A model generated the notes under the pieces. The model was not told the DNA's origin and did not search any database. It saw nothing but the letters and a program-made list of their open reading frames with translations. From NCBI GenBank assembly GCA_951406725.2, contig OX597819.1:38998001-39062000 (forward strand): 64,000 nt of DNA. The letters are read 5' to 3'. The first letter of the stretch is position 1, and each line of letters opens with the position of its first letter. Position numbers and translations under genes: made by a program. The DNA is from Octopus vulgaris. Taxonomy: Eukaryota. Of the stretch, positions 13,130 to 25,602 are shown piece after piece.

Positions 13130-13771
13130 TTTACATACCTCTATGTCACTGTCTTCACTGCTCCTATACATTGCTCATCACTTTGCTACTTTCTGACCTA
13201 TTCTCCTTCCTGAGCCACTTCTGTATTGCTTATCTTACATCTCTCCATACTGGTGTTTCTCCTCAACCACACCTCCACCTTCGTTCATCACTCACTGCAT
13301 CCATATGCACCCCCATCTTTCACCATCTGCTACTCACCTCTCACCTCTATGAAACATCCACCTTCTCTTTCTCACCCATAATCCATTTGATTTTGATGGT
13401 GTATGTGCATGTGTGTATGGGAAGGGGAAGATTTGAAAGCCACAGCACAGGACAAGGATAATGACTCCAAATAAGAACAAATAGAAGAAGGGTCTTTGTT
13501 TCTCTCCTGCAAGCAGCTTCTACAGTTGATGATACAATAAAAGATACCCAATCCATGATATAAATCAAATGATGGTAGGAAAGGCATCTAGCATCATGCA
13601 TCTGTTTTTCCATGCCAGAAAATGGAAAAATAGGTGCATGCTGAGAATTATGAATGTACACTATGGTAGTTACAGTTTAGAATGGAATAAGTTAAAGAGA
13701 ACTTCCAGAACTCAAAAGAAAAGCTTTCACAGATAAAGTATGGAAAAAAATATTTAGGCTTATCTAATACA

Positions 13772-14170
13772 TCTCTTATTATAAAAGGCAGATTTTATCT
13801 GCCTCCCTTTGGGAGTTATACAAATCTACAATATAGGATTTCTTCAATTACAATTTACCTAGCAATTTTAAGAGTACAATGCATCGCGTCATGCCAGGTC
13901 CAGTTTTTAAAATTTAAACTCCAATTAAGTATAATTTACAGAAAACTCACATTCTGGTGTGTGTGTCAAATGCTTTTCTTAGTCTGGTTTACACCACACG
14001 CAAACGCACACACACAGTGGGCAACGAATAAATTGAAACTAGATGTAATATTTGTTTCTCTCTATCACGCTGATAGCTTCCCATACATTTTACTCATGTA
14101 TCTAACACATAAGTGTGAGTGAAAATGTTCTTGGAAGAGAGTAAATAGCCAGAGATAGTGATTTGAGGAA
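13772..14170 (+). mobile_element. Probable Helitron 5' portion
   Basis: Starts A|TCTCTTATTATAAAAGGC, resembling the 5' end of 16261-16624. No 3' end was seen. Confidence 0.4.
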
Positions 14171-14193
14171 CACTCATACATACATACATACAT

Positions 14194-14224
<31 letters not shown>

Positions 14225-14277
14225 TACATACACACACACATACATACATACACACATACATACATACATACATACAT

Positions 14278-14308
<31 letters not shown>

Positions 14309-14542
14309 TACACACACACACAGTATTGAAGCTTGAGAACAATCAGATACATTTGCAACACATCTGTTGAAAATATTATTGTTCACACACATACATATAC
14401 ATATATACATACAGACAGACAGACAGATAGACACACACACACACACACATGATCCAGCATGGCCACAACCTCAAGGCTGAAACATATAAAAGAATAACAG
14501 AATATAAATGTGTGCATGTGTGTGAGAGAGAGAGTGTGTGTG

Positions 14543-14574
<32 letters not shown>

Positions 14575-14604
14575 TGTATGTATGTATGTATGTATATATA
14601 TATA

Positions 14605-15040
14605 ATAATGCGGTTTTTTCAACAGCTTGAACTAAAAGTCAGAGGGGAATGGGATAAACTACTTATATTAACTTGCTATAAAAGCAGGTAGTAATTTTAT
14701 CTTGTCCTTATTCATAGTGCAAGTTTTGAAGAGTGCATTTCGATTTTAACAGCTATTTTTTTCAAAGCTATATTGGAACAGCCTAGAAGACGAGCCTCAT
14801 CCTGAAAGATCTGTAGAACTCGACAAGGACATCCTGAAAACCCTGGTGGAACAAAATCTCATCGTAACTGTTGAGGAACTAGCAGAGAAGCTTGGATTTG
14901 GTCATTCAACCATTCATTGAGACCTGTGTGCTATCGGAAAAGTCAGCAAATTGGGTCAATGGGTTCCTCACGAACTTTCCGAGTCTAATTGCATGCAGAG
15001 AGTGAATGTATGCTTTTCTTTGCTGTCACATCTCACCACT
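14605..15040 (+). pseudogene. Mariner transposase fragment
   Basis: SLEDEP..TVEELAEKLGFGHSTI..GKVSKLGQWVPHEL. The 5' UTR matches 24895-25530. Confidence 0.85.
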
Positions 15041-15055
15041 ACTGCGCTATGTATA

Positions 15056-15692
15056 TCTATATATATAAAACTGTAGTTGTGTGAGTGTCTGTCCCCTTCG
15101 ATTTAGATTCCTAACTACTCCCACATTTTGCGGTGCAGTTTAACCAAATTCGGGTAGCTTATAGTCGTGATTCATATCGAGCCCGTCTGAGTATTAGCGC
15201 GCGTCTACGATGAGTCTACGATTTTAAAAATAATTTAACATCATTTTTTATTCCATTTTAATGCATAATTTTTCGTGTGTCGATGGCGGCGGAGTTGGCG
15301 TCCACGCTCACACCTGCACCTGTGGGGAAGGGAGTGTAAGGAAATCAACGTCGTAATGCGTTGTCAAGGAGACCAGCGTTCTTTTAGAACAACGACTTCA
15401 TGGCTTGAAGACACCAAAACAGAAATGGCTAAGAAAGCGTCTACATGAGTCTACGATTTAAAAAAAAATTTACCATCGTTTTTTTTCCATTTTAATGCAT
15501 TTTTTCGCTATTATATAAGGGAAGTAACTCTCTAAAAATGTCTACGATGAGTCAACGATTTTTCAAAAAATTTACCATCATATTTTTTCCATTTTTAATG
15601 CATTTTTTGCTATTTTTTGACTATAACTCTCTAAAAATGCTTATATAGTTATTTCCCTTACAAACCCGAGCAACGCCGGGCGATACTGCTAG
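15056..15692 (+). mobile_element. Non-autonomous Helitron
   Basis: 5' A|TC start, 3' hairpin CCCGAGCAACGCCGGG followed by CTAG|T, and an internal triplicated subunit. Confidence 0.8.
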
Positions 15693-16260
15693 TGCAAGAA
15701 TATAAAAACAATTATTAAAATACTGTCAATGATGATTACAAGTTAAAAATCTACATGTGGATTAACTCTTGTGGTTCTGTGTCAGGAACAAATAATCCAA
15801 AAGAATAAGAATAAATGTATTTGTATTTGCTAAGGAAAAAAGAAAAATTATCAATATTTTGGATATAGGCTCTTTGTCAAGATAGAGAAGAGAGAATAGA
15901 AAAGCAAAAAATTTCCTTGTGATGTCATGCAATAAGAGATAGTAATGATAGATAAGTAGGTAGTTGGGTACGTGATTTCTGTTTATAGGGGAGCTGTTGT
16001 TTAACTCCAGGGCAACTCTGATTGAGCAGAGCTATGATCAAAAGCTTTCTAGTCGTAACCATTCTATATTTTCCAATGTGCAAGGAACCCAGAGCCACAT
16101 TACCATTCTTTCCAGCATACAGGTCAAAATTTTCACATCAAAGATTACAGCTGAAAAAGATAAGACAAACTTGGAGGGCAAAAAATTCCATGTAAAATAC
16201 AGCAGGGTTTGGAAAGATCATGATGATGTTTGAATGTTTACACTACATGTTTATACTATA

Positions 16261-16624
16261 CTAGCACTATGACCCAGCGTTGCCGGGTCATAGTGCTAGT
16301 GCATGCATATACAGCTTTGTGCGTGTGCACATAAATGCGAGTACTGTCCAATTCTGCAACCAATCACATACAGCTAGCTGGCATTCAACTGGTGTATCAA
16401 GTTTGGGGCATTTTGATTGGGTTATGGATAGAAAATTCACCAAAAATCACTTCTATTGATTTTTTAATGGCTTTGTGGGGTGACTGGGGAAATGTAAAGA
16501 TGTGCATGACCACCCTTGGACGGTTTTAAATGACCATAGAAAGTGCGAGTCCTCTAACTGAAAAATTGTGGATTTGTATAAAGGACACACACGCAGACAT
16601 TTTGCCGTTTATATATATTAGAGA
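16261..16624 (-). mobile_element. Non-autonomous Helitron, second family
   Basis: Minus strand runs A|TCTCTAATATATATAAAC...CTAG|T with a 16-bp terminal stem. Confidence 0.7.
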
Positions 16625-17569
16625 TACTATGTTGACATGTATGCTGGAAAATACAGTTTAAGATATTGAATATTTTCAATATGAAATACTGAATCTACTC
16701 AAGCACTATATTATACTATATCACTCTACTACACCATATTACACCTCAATACACCAGTATTCAACATATATAGTAACACATGCAACAAAATATAAAAGAA
16801 CAAATCAAGATTTTTTTGGCTGATAAGGTCAGAGTAACAGCTGAAACATGCACAAAATTGTCTGCCATACTTGCTAGAAAAATGAAAATAATATTAATGA
16901 TTGAATAATATTTTCCTTCAAATCATATTTATTTTCTATTAATATTTCAAAAGCTTAATGCACTAGCTGTGTTAACAAACTTTCAAATGAAGATAGCCAC
17001 ATTAATGTAAAACTCTTCATATCACACTAATGTAAAACGCTTCATATCAAGTTTCATTAAGTAAATAAAATTATCATAAATAAAAGCTGTTTATTAACAT
17101 GCCATATCAAAGTTCATGAATTAATTAAATTACAATATCCAACAGTGTTCTCTTGTACTGACGGTAACATTACTTACATGTGCAGTCAAAATCTTTCTGA
17201 TTAAAGACTGTTCAGTTTGATTCCTTTTTTCAATTAATTCTACAATAAAGGACTCTATTGTGAAGAAAACTAATTCTTTGATAATTCCATGGGTGTTCAT
17301 AACTTAAATCCAGTTACTGTGATGTTAAGCAGATGTTCACTTGCAGTTGTTCAAGATGAATATGAATGGTATCAATATCACTGGCTTTGAATGGCCTCTG
17401 AATGATAAGTACTGTCCCAGACTCAGTAAGTTTAAAAGAAAACTTCCAGGGTTGTACTTGCCAGGCATATGATTTGATCTGAGACCATGTGCTGGAACTA
17501 AAACAAATACAGTGTGGAAGACGTATATTAACCATTCAAAAGCATGTAAAGTTTGTTAACTTCACTTAA

Positions 17570-17780
17570 CCCTGAAGTATTTAAATAGGCCATATCTACC
17601 CAAATATTCCACCTACTTCATGTTCAAACTAGCAAGTTTCAGCCTCTCACACCTATTCTACAATTTCATACGAAACCAATCATTCACATCAATGAAATCT
17701 CTAATCTACAAGATAAAGCATGATTAAGCATAAATATATGTGAACGAATAAACATTATATTTGGCAGAATATTAAAGGCT
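17570..17780. mobile_element. Decayed piggyBac-like MITE
   Basis: TTAA|CCCT start and similarity to 22258-22476. Confidence 0.5.
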
Positions 17781-18167
17781 GATTTGGTGTCAAAATTATT
17801 TTTATCATTTAAATTGTGACCTGGTCACTGACAAGATTACACTGTAATTACAAAGGTAATGAAAATAAATGCATTAGATCGAGGTATTAGGTTGTATTAA
17901 CTAATGGAGAATAGTTTCAGATACATTCTTGAGTGTTCCTCATAGGTTTGAATTAGAAACAAGAACTGTGAGGAGGATGTCTTGTAGGGTCTTATGGTGT
18001 GAAGGGAGGGACTTAATCCATATTTTTTTGTGAGAGAGAGAGAGTATTCACTTACATTAGACTAGCATTCTTACATAGTGTGTATATCCCAGTTTTAGAA
18101 TAGGTACACTTTGTTCATGTATGTCTGCTGTAAGAGACAACAAAAAAGGGATGGCCACTGGAAAAGT

Positions 18168-18475
18168 ATCATCATCATCATCGTTTAACGTCCGCTTTCC
18201 ATACTAGCATGGGTTGGACGGTTCAACTGGGGTCTGGAAAGCCAGAAGGCTGCACCAGGCCCAGTCTGATCTGGCAGTGTTTCTACAGCTGGATGCCCTT
18301 CCTAACGCCAACCACTCCGTGAGTGTAGTGGGTGCTTTTTACGTGCCACCAGCACAGGTGCTAGATGAGGCTGGCAAATGGCCACAATCGGATGGTGCTT
18401 TTTACGTACCACTGGCATGGAGGCCAGACGAGGCTGGCAACAGCCACAATCGGATGGTGCTTTTTACGCGCCGAC
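18168..18475 (-). mobile_element. SINE family D (Nin-domain-like, (ATG)n tail)
   Basis: GGTTGGCGTTAGGAAGGGCATCCAGCTGTAGAAAC on the minus strand, with internal ~58-bp repeats. Confidence 0.8.
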
Positions 18476-19202
18476 AATAAAATATTGTTTCAGAAAACTT
18501 ACCCAACACATAACAGCATAGAAAAAGCAACCATGATGATGATGATGATGATGGGGTGAGGATGAAGGCAGTAAGAGGGGTGGAGGCAGTGGTAATAGTG
18601 GTGGCAGTGGTAGTAGTGATGGCAGTGGTGACAGCGGCAGCAATGTGGCAATGATGACAGTGGTGGTGGTGGTGGTGGTGATTATACTGATGATGAGGGT
18701 GATACTGACAGTAGAATCCTTAAGTTTGTTCCTTGCTTAATTGCTTGAAAACCAGAACTGAAGAGCAGCACTTGAAATTCTTAGAATTCATGAAAACATT
18801 AATATATTACATATATGATGCTAGTTTAACTCTAGAGACATCTCAAAATACATTTTTTTAATGGCTTAATTAGAGTAGGAAGGCCAGCATCTACAATCCC
18901 TTTAAGGATCTCCAAGATTAAGGAGGAGGAAGAGAGAATGTTATCTTCAGACTGGATACCTTGAATATTTGTAATAGAGTGGTACCAGAGTGAACTTGTA
19001 TGATTAAGAATGCTACCTAAGTGAAAGGAAGAATAAAATATAGATGAAATAAGGGATGCTATATAGGGAATAAAGAAATAAATGTACCATCCAAATACTT
19101 AATAAAATGTCTGCTGTTGATTTGAACTGAAGTCACAGAAATTGGTAAAATCTAGAATTTAAGGAAACTGGTGATGGCCTATGTTGGTAATAATTAGTTC
19201 TA

Positions 19203-20470
19203 TTGGATTGGCAACTAAGACCCCGCGTTTTTTTTAAATTTTGGAATCTATTTTTTTTGAGAATTCTATTTTTGAATCATTTTGGAATATATTTTGTTTT
19301 TTTTTTCTAGTTAATTCTAGTTAATTTTGATTTATTTTCAAATCATTAAAATGGAATGTCAAGTTGAGAAAAACGAGCATTTTCGACACCTTCTTTTTGA
19401 TTTTAATCACAGTTCTAAGGCTGCAAAAGCTGCTTGCGACATCTGTGCTGTGTATGGAGAAGGTGCCATAGCTAAAAGAACCGCTCGTGAGTGGTATGCC
19501 AAGTTCAAAAATGGAAATTTTGACCTCAAAGATGCACCTTGTTCTGGCCGTCCAGTTGAGTTCAATGAAGAGTGATTAAACCAACTTTTGCACAAAAATT
19601 CTCATCAAACAACAAGGGAACTAGCAGAGGAAATGGAATGCTCCCCCACTGCTATAGAGAAGCATCTTCACTCGATGGGAAAGGTTCAGAAGTATGGGGC
19701 ATAGGTTCCACATGCTTCAAGTGACAACAGGAAAAATCAACGAGCCACAATCTCTGCTGGTTTGCTTGCTCATCACAGCTCAACTCATGGACACAAGCAA
19801 TGATTTCTTTACAAGTAATGTATCGTTAGTGGTGACGAAAAATGGTGCCTGTACATCAATATGAAGCAGTGTAAGGAATGGCTTAGCCCCGGTAAACAAG
19901 CGACACTGTGTGTGAAACGAGATCTTCATCCGCATAATGATGTTGTGCATATGGTGGGACTGGGAAGGAATTATCCATTATGAATTGCTTGAACGGAACC
20001 AAACAGTCAACATGGAGCTCTATGTTCAACAGATAGAACAACTCAACATCGCAATTCAAGAGAAAAGATTTAATTGGCAGCATGGAGTTCTTCTGTTGCA
20101 CAATAACTCCCGCCCTCATATCACCAATATGACCAAGGAAGTCATTCAAACACATGGCTGGGAAGTGCTACCACACCCACCATACTCTCCTGATTTGGCA
20201 CCAATGGATTTCCACCTCTTTTGATCTCTTTCAAATGCTATGCGTAGAGTTTCGTTCAATACTGATGCAGAATTGAGAGCTTGGTTGGATCAATTTTTCA
20301 AGTCGAAATCGGGTATTTGAAAACGAGGTATTGAAAACCTTGTTGAATGTTGGGGAGAAGTTGTAAACAAGGGTGAATACATTATTGATTAATTAGTTGT
20401 TGTTTTTTTATTAAACCTTTTAAAAAATTTAAATTTAAAAAAAACAGCGGGAACTTTGTTGCCAACCTAA
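19203..20470 (+). mobile_element. Full-length decayed mariner (DD34D, mellifera-subfamily-like)
   Basis: TIRs TTGGATTGGCAACTAAG and CTTTGTTGCCAACCTAA, TA target-site duplication, about 1.27 kb long. Confidence 0.95.
19351..20392 (+). pseudogene. Mariner transposase pseudogene
   Basis: MECQVEKNEHFRH..., GDEKW, MLCIWWDWEG and HPPYSPDLAPMDFHLF motifs, with multiple stops and frameshifts. Confidence 0.95.
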
Positions 20471-20839
20471 TATAAGACTACTTTTTTTTCGTTTTACTTG
20501 CCTACCATTTTTAGAGGTGATAAGAAGAGTGAACTTTAAGGGGACATCATCTAGAGTAGCAGAAGATTTTTATAGGGTACATTCTACATCTGCCTGAATA
20601 TGAACGAGTACAGAAAAGGTCAAGCAAATGCAGACAATTTGTCTCACAGAGGATAGATAGAACTAAAAAAAGATGAGATATTAACAATTTAGTGGTCATA
20701 AACATTTCAACAAAATAACTAGGACAGAAGAGATGGCAGGGAACCAAGATATGTGGTGCATTGCTGTACTCAAGAAGACCCACTCACCACAACAGAATTA
20801 AGATCCTAAAATCAAGGTGCCAAGTACAAAGCACTGGTG

Positions 20840-21048
20840 ATGATGGCATGTAAAAAACATCCAGTACACTTTGTGGAGTGGTTGGCATTAGGAAGGGCAT
20901 CCAGCTGTATATACCAAGTCAAAACAAACTATGAAATCTGGTGCAGCATCTGGCTTTGCCAGTTCCTTTGAAGCTGCTCAAAGCATGCCAGCATAGAAAA
21001 TAGACATTAAATGTTGATGATGGTAATGATGATGATGATGATGATGAT
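20840..21048 (+). mobile_element. SINE family D 3' part
   Basis: GTTGGCATTAGGAAGGGCATCCAGCTGT followed by a (GAT)n tail. Confidence 0.75.
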
Positions 21049-21250
21049 GAACAGGGATAAAAGTAAAGTATTGTAGTTTGCTTGAAGCATTGTGATAAAG
21101 AAATAAATTAATAAAAACTCTACGTTTCTGATGATGAGTCTTTCTGCCTGAAATATATAAAGGTTACTCAACTTTCCTTTTTCACATTGTTAGAAACTAA
21201 AATAACTATTTTATCACTGGTAAAATGGAATTATTATTCTGCTCACTTAA

Positions 21251-21456
21251 CCCTTTTGATACCAACTTGCTCTTGGAAACAAATTTCCTATTTTAAATTA
21301 AATTAAATTAAAACTTACCATCAAAATACATGTTCAAATTATGTTCCAAACACCAAAAAACAACGATGACAAAATCGTTTAACTAAATTCTTCATCATTT
21401 TCAAAATTAACTTAAACAAAATAGTATATTTCAATAGAAATATGGTAATAAATGAG
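21251..21456. mobile_element. piggyBac-like MITE
   Basis: TTAA|CCCTTTTGATACC ... GGTAATAAATGAG|TTAA imperfect TIRs. Confidence 0.55.
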
Positions 21457-21943
21457 TTAAAGCAATTTTCTCCAAATAACTAAGTTGTTTCTTAACCATC
21501 TTGAATTCTGATGAGAGATTCTCCAACAACCAGCCATCAGCGTTTTCTCGTCACCTAATTTAGAAATTAGAGACCAGACAAACTCTCAGGAGACATCATT
21601 TAAGATATATTCTTTTCATAAATAAATGATAGAAATATGCATTATTTATTTTCAATCAAACAGTTGACAACTAGACTTTCATAATCAGACTTTTCTCAGA
21701 AATATAGTTTGCTTATGTTTTAGTCAATTCATACACTGAGTTAGGGAATGTTAGGGAACTACATTCAAGGATTTTGGTTGATTACAATGACCCTAGTACT
21801 CTGTCTGGTTTTTATCTGATCAAATTTGTAAAGAAGTAAAGAAGTATAAACTTACATGTAAAATATACCTTGAATGGAACGAAATAGCATAAAATATTGA
21901 TCAGTAAAGCACTTATTCTACTGACACAAACATACATATATTT

Positions 21944-21990
21944 ACATTACAACTTGAGGTTTCACTAATACATGGTTCATCAGGTAATGT
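21944..21990 (-). ncRNA. Type I hammerhead ribozyme
   Basis: ACAUUAC-CUGAUGA-ACCA-UGUAU-UAGU-GAAAC-CUCAA-GUU-GUAAUGU: 7-bp stem I and intact core. Confidence 0.7.
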
Positions 21991-22257
21991 GACAGACATT
22001 CTATAGTTTCACTTTTGTATAGTAAGATATATAATATCAATTTTTATTTATCAGATGGCTGAGTTACATTGTGAGATAAAGGGATGCAATGCTATCCAAT
22101 GTTTTAAAATAATATATTGTTAGAAATTGAATATAATTCAAATTTGCATCCTTTTATGTCAAAATATAACTTAGGCACGTGATAAAAAGAAATTCATAAA
22201 ATAAATATCAAACTAAAATAATTATTGAGTTTGGTATGTTTGACCCAAAACCTTTAA

Positions 22258-22476
22258 CCCTTTAGCATTTAAACCGGCCATATCCGGCCTAAATATTCTA
22301 CCTATCTTATTTTCAAACTTGCAGATTTCGCCTATCACACCTACCCTACAATGTAATTCTAAATATAAACAATCACACCATCGAAATCCCAAAGCGATGA
22401 AATAATGCCTGATTAATTGAAAGCAATGTGAATGCATAACCATTTCATTTGGCAGATTAATCTGAACATGAAAGGG
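22258..22476. mobile_element. piggyBac-like MITE
   Basis: TTAA|CCCTTT...AAAGGG|TTAA. Confidence 0.75.
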
Positions 22477-22572
22477 TTAAAGGTAGGGCCCCAAATGACT
22501 CACAGTCCGATGAAAGCAGTTAAAGAATAACAGTTGTAAGTTCATACTGAACCTAAGTTCTTCTATCTTTCA

Positions 22573-23000
22573 TCTCTTACTTGTTACTTGTTTCAGTTAT
22601 AGGATTGTGGCCATGCTGGGGCACGACCTTGAAGGAATTTAATTGAACAAATCAACCCTAATATTTATATTTTTTCTTTTATATCTGGTTCTTATTCTAT
22701 CAGTCTCTTTTGCTGAACAGCTAAGTTATTGGAACATAAACAAATGAACACTAGTTGTGAAGTAGTGGTAGAGGACAAATGCAAATACAAAGTCACATAC
22801 ACACACACATACAAAGCTAAATTATGGGAGCTTAAATAAACGAGTATCAGCTGACAAACACTAACACAAAGTTACACACACACACATACACGATGGGCTT
22901 CCACCTACCAAATTCATTCACAAGGCTTGGGGTTATAGTAGCACTTGCCTGAGGAGTTGCACAGTGAGAATGAATCTGAAATCATAAGGCTGCAATGTAA
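22573..23000 (-). mobile_element. Diverged SINE family B
   Basis: Reverse-complement similarity to 31746-32155. Confidence 0.7.
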
Positions 23001-23057
23001 GCTAAGTTCCATTTGAGATACGGAAGTAACTGACACACCATTGGTTACGACGATGAG

Positions 23058-23277
23058 GGCGGCGAGCTGGCAGAATCGTTAGCGTGCTGGGCGGAATGCA
23101 TAGCCATATTTCGTCTGCTGTTACGTTCTGAGTTCAAATTCCGCCAAGGTCGACTTTGCCTTTCATCCTTTCGGGGTCGATAAATTAAGTACCAGTTACT
23201 CACTGGGGTTGATGTAATCGACTTAATCCGTTTGTCTGTCCTTGTTTGTCCTCTCTGTGGATAGTAAAGAAATAGGT
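23058..23277 (+). mobile_element. SINE family A
   Basis: Matches family A consensus, with TSD GGTTAYGAYGATGAGGG. Confidence 0.9.
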
Positions 23278-23284
23278 TATGATG

Positions 23285-23548
23285 ATGAGGGCTCCAGTTC
23301 ATCTGACCAATGGAACAGCCTGCTCATAAAATTAACATGAAAGTGGTTGAGTACTCCACAGACACATGTACCCATAACATAGTTCTCAGCATAACACAAT
23401 GTGAAAAGGCTAACCCTTTGAAATACAGCTGACTGAACAGAAGCAACATGAAATAAAGTATCTTACTCAAGGACATAACACGGCACCAAGTATCATGACC
23501 TTACAAACATGAGCCACATACCTAAAGTACTAAGCGAAATGCCTTCAC
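23285..23548 (-). mobile_element. Diverged CORE-like SINE
   Basis: Minus strand GTCCTTGAGTAAGATACTTTATTTCATGTTGC plus a tRNA-like head. Confidence 0.6.
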
Positions 23549-24262
23549 TTCAATATGGAAATATTGCATTCATATCTGATAAGACAGCTTCACAAAGATA
23601 AATCACGAAGATTGCTGATGCTGTTTGTTGTTATTTTGTTGTTGTTATTTTTGTTGTAATAGCTGTTACTATTTCTGCAGCTACCAACAGCCTTGATGTA
23701 GTATCAAGAAGAACAGATATTTTGATAAATGGTTATTGCCTTTCGATAGATGGTATACAGATGGTACTGAACTGTACAGTTTTCTCAGGTGTAAAGCTTG
23801 ATATATGAACAAATAGAACACCAAATATATTTAAACTTTCTAGTAAACAGAAATTGCCATTAAATAGAAATCTATAAATTATCAACACAGATTCCACCAT
23901 TTCTTTACCATGACACCAATATTAATGCTAACAATATTTATAATCCTACATGTCCTCTGACATCTAGAATTATATTTCTTGGACATAGTTGTGTTGATTG
24001 AACAGTTAAAGGATGATAGCATGGTCATGTGGTTAGGTGCTTTGATTATAAACCATGTGGTTTTAGGTTTGATTCCACTGCACAGCATCTTGGACAAGTA
24101 TCTTCCATTCTGGATTCATGGATCACCAATGGCTTCTGAGTGAAATCTTTTTGTTAGACAGAAACTGTACAGAAGCCTGTTGTGTGTGCGCGCACATGTA
24201 CGTGTGTGTGTGTGTGTGTGTATATATACACACATTGGGCCATGCTATACATTATATATACA

Positions 24263-24302
<40 letters not shown>

Positions 24303-24303
<1 letters not shown>

Positions 24304-24890
24304 TAGCAGCTAAACCCGGTTTCACCCAGTTGGTTTGGATAATGTGGCTGTAAAACCTGCTCTGTGTAAGCATTCAACTTGTTTGGGTACGCTTACGTTA
24401 AAAAACAATTTTAAAATGACTTTTTTCTGTCAAAATGCTAAAAATACCTGACCATCAACAAAACAAAAAAAAAACAAAGATTCAACCAAATCAAAAAATA
24501 AACCCAAATACTAAGTGAACATGCGCACATGCACACACACACACACACACACACATTCACTTACCCACCCTTTTACATACACATATATTCACACAGCGTT
24601 GAAACGCTGTTTGATTTATTTTTTCAGCGTACAATTTTCATCATCCCACTACCAAGTATGAGATTACCCCTTCCTTATTCATCTATCAACCCTTTCTTTC
24701 TCATTCATAGACACAAGAGTATTATTATAGTAGATTATCTTGGTAACCATGGGAGCTATGAAAATATACAAAGCCCAGCAACACCACTGGATCATTCTAC
24801 ACATCTGTGTAATTTTTTTGCGCAATTCCACCCAACTGTTTGACTGTGAATCCCAAGACAAGAAAGAACTGCTCATGCCAAATTTATATG
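24303..24890 (-). mobile_element. Probable Helitron 3' portion
   Basis: A|CTAGCAGCTAAACCCGGTTTCACCCAG end resembles the other Helitron 3' ends. The internal boundary is uncertain. Confidence 0.45.
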
Positions 24891-24894
24891 TATA

Positions 24895-25530
24895 GACTGG
24901 GTCATCCCATAAATAATGTGGTTTTTTTCATTTGCATGAACTAAAAGTTGGAGGGGGATGGGATAAACTACCTGAATCAACTTGCTATAAAAGCAGGTCG
25001 TAATTTTACCTTGTTTTATTCTTAGTGCAGGTTTTGAAGAGTGCAGTTTGATTTTAACAGTTATTTTTTCAAAGCCATAATGGAAATGGCAAAGGAGTTT
25101 ATTCAGCATATTTTGCTTTATGCATTCAATAAAGGCAACAGTCCAATGGAAAATGTGAGGAATATGAATACAGTGTATGGGGATTGGGCAATAAGTGTAA
25201 GCCAGCATCAATGGTGGTTCCAGAAATTCTGAGCTGGAAACTACAGCCTAGATGATATGATTATCATTTATTCTGCAGTCTTCAAAAATCATTTGGCCGG
25301 AAAAAATACGAATTCTGTAGATGGGTTCAGAAGAGTCCTGGAGGAGTATTTTTTTTATCACAGACAAATGAATTTTGGAAGAGGGGGCCTTGCAAGTCTA
25401 CCAGGTAGATGGAAGAGCATTGTAGAAAATGAAGGAGAATATATTTCAGATTAAAAAAGAACTTTTTTATCTTAGTTTTGAAAAATAAAATAAGTATAAA
25501 AAAACCTGCATTATGTATGAACGACAAGCA
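24895..25530 (+). mobile_element. Internally deleted mariner
   Basis: Imperfect TIRs. The N-terminus (HILLYAFNKG..VYGD..QWWFQKF) is joined to the C-terminus (LPGRWKSIVENEGEYI). Confidence 0.85.
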
Positions 25531-25565
25531 AGTGTAATAGTTTAACGCTTGGGAAAATGAACATG

Positions 25566-25602
25566 TCTTTTACATTTCAAGCCTATGCTCTTCAATAGAA
25601 AG
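25566..25602 (-). ncRNA. Degenerate variant HHR (CUGUYGA family)
   Basis: CUUU-CUAUUGA-A-GAGC-AUAG-GCUU-GAAAUGU-A-AAAG. Confidence 0.5.

Noticed and set aside
21124-21165. CUGAUGA..GAAA HHR candidates (also 21508, 49733, 18758, 12130)
   Set aside because: Stem II, stem III or the GAAA half is not convincingly formed.
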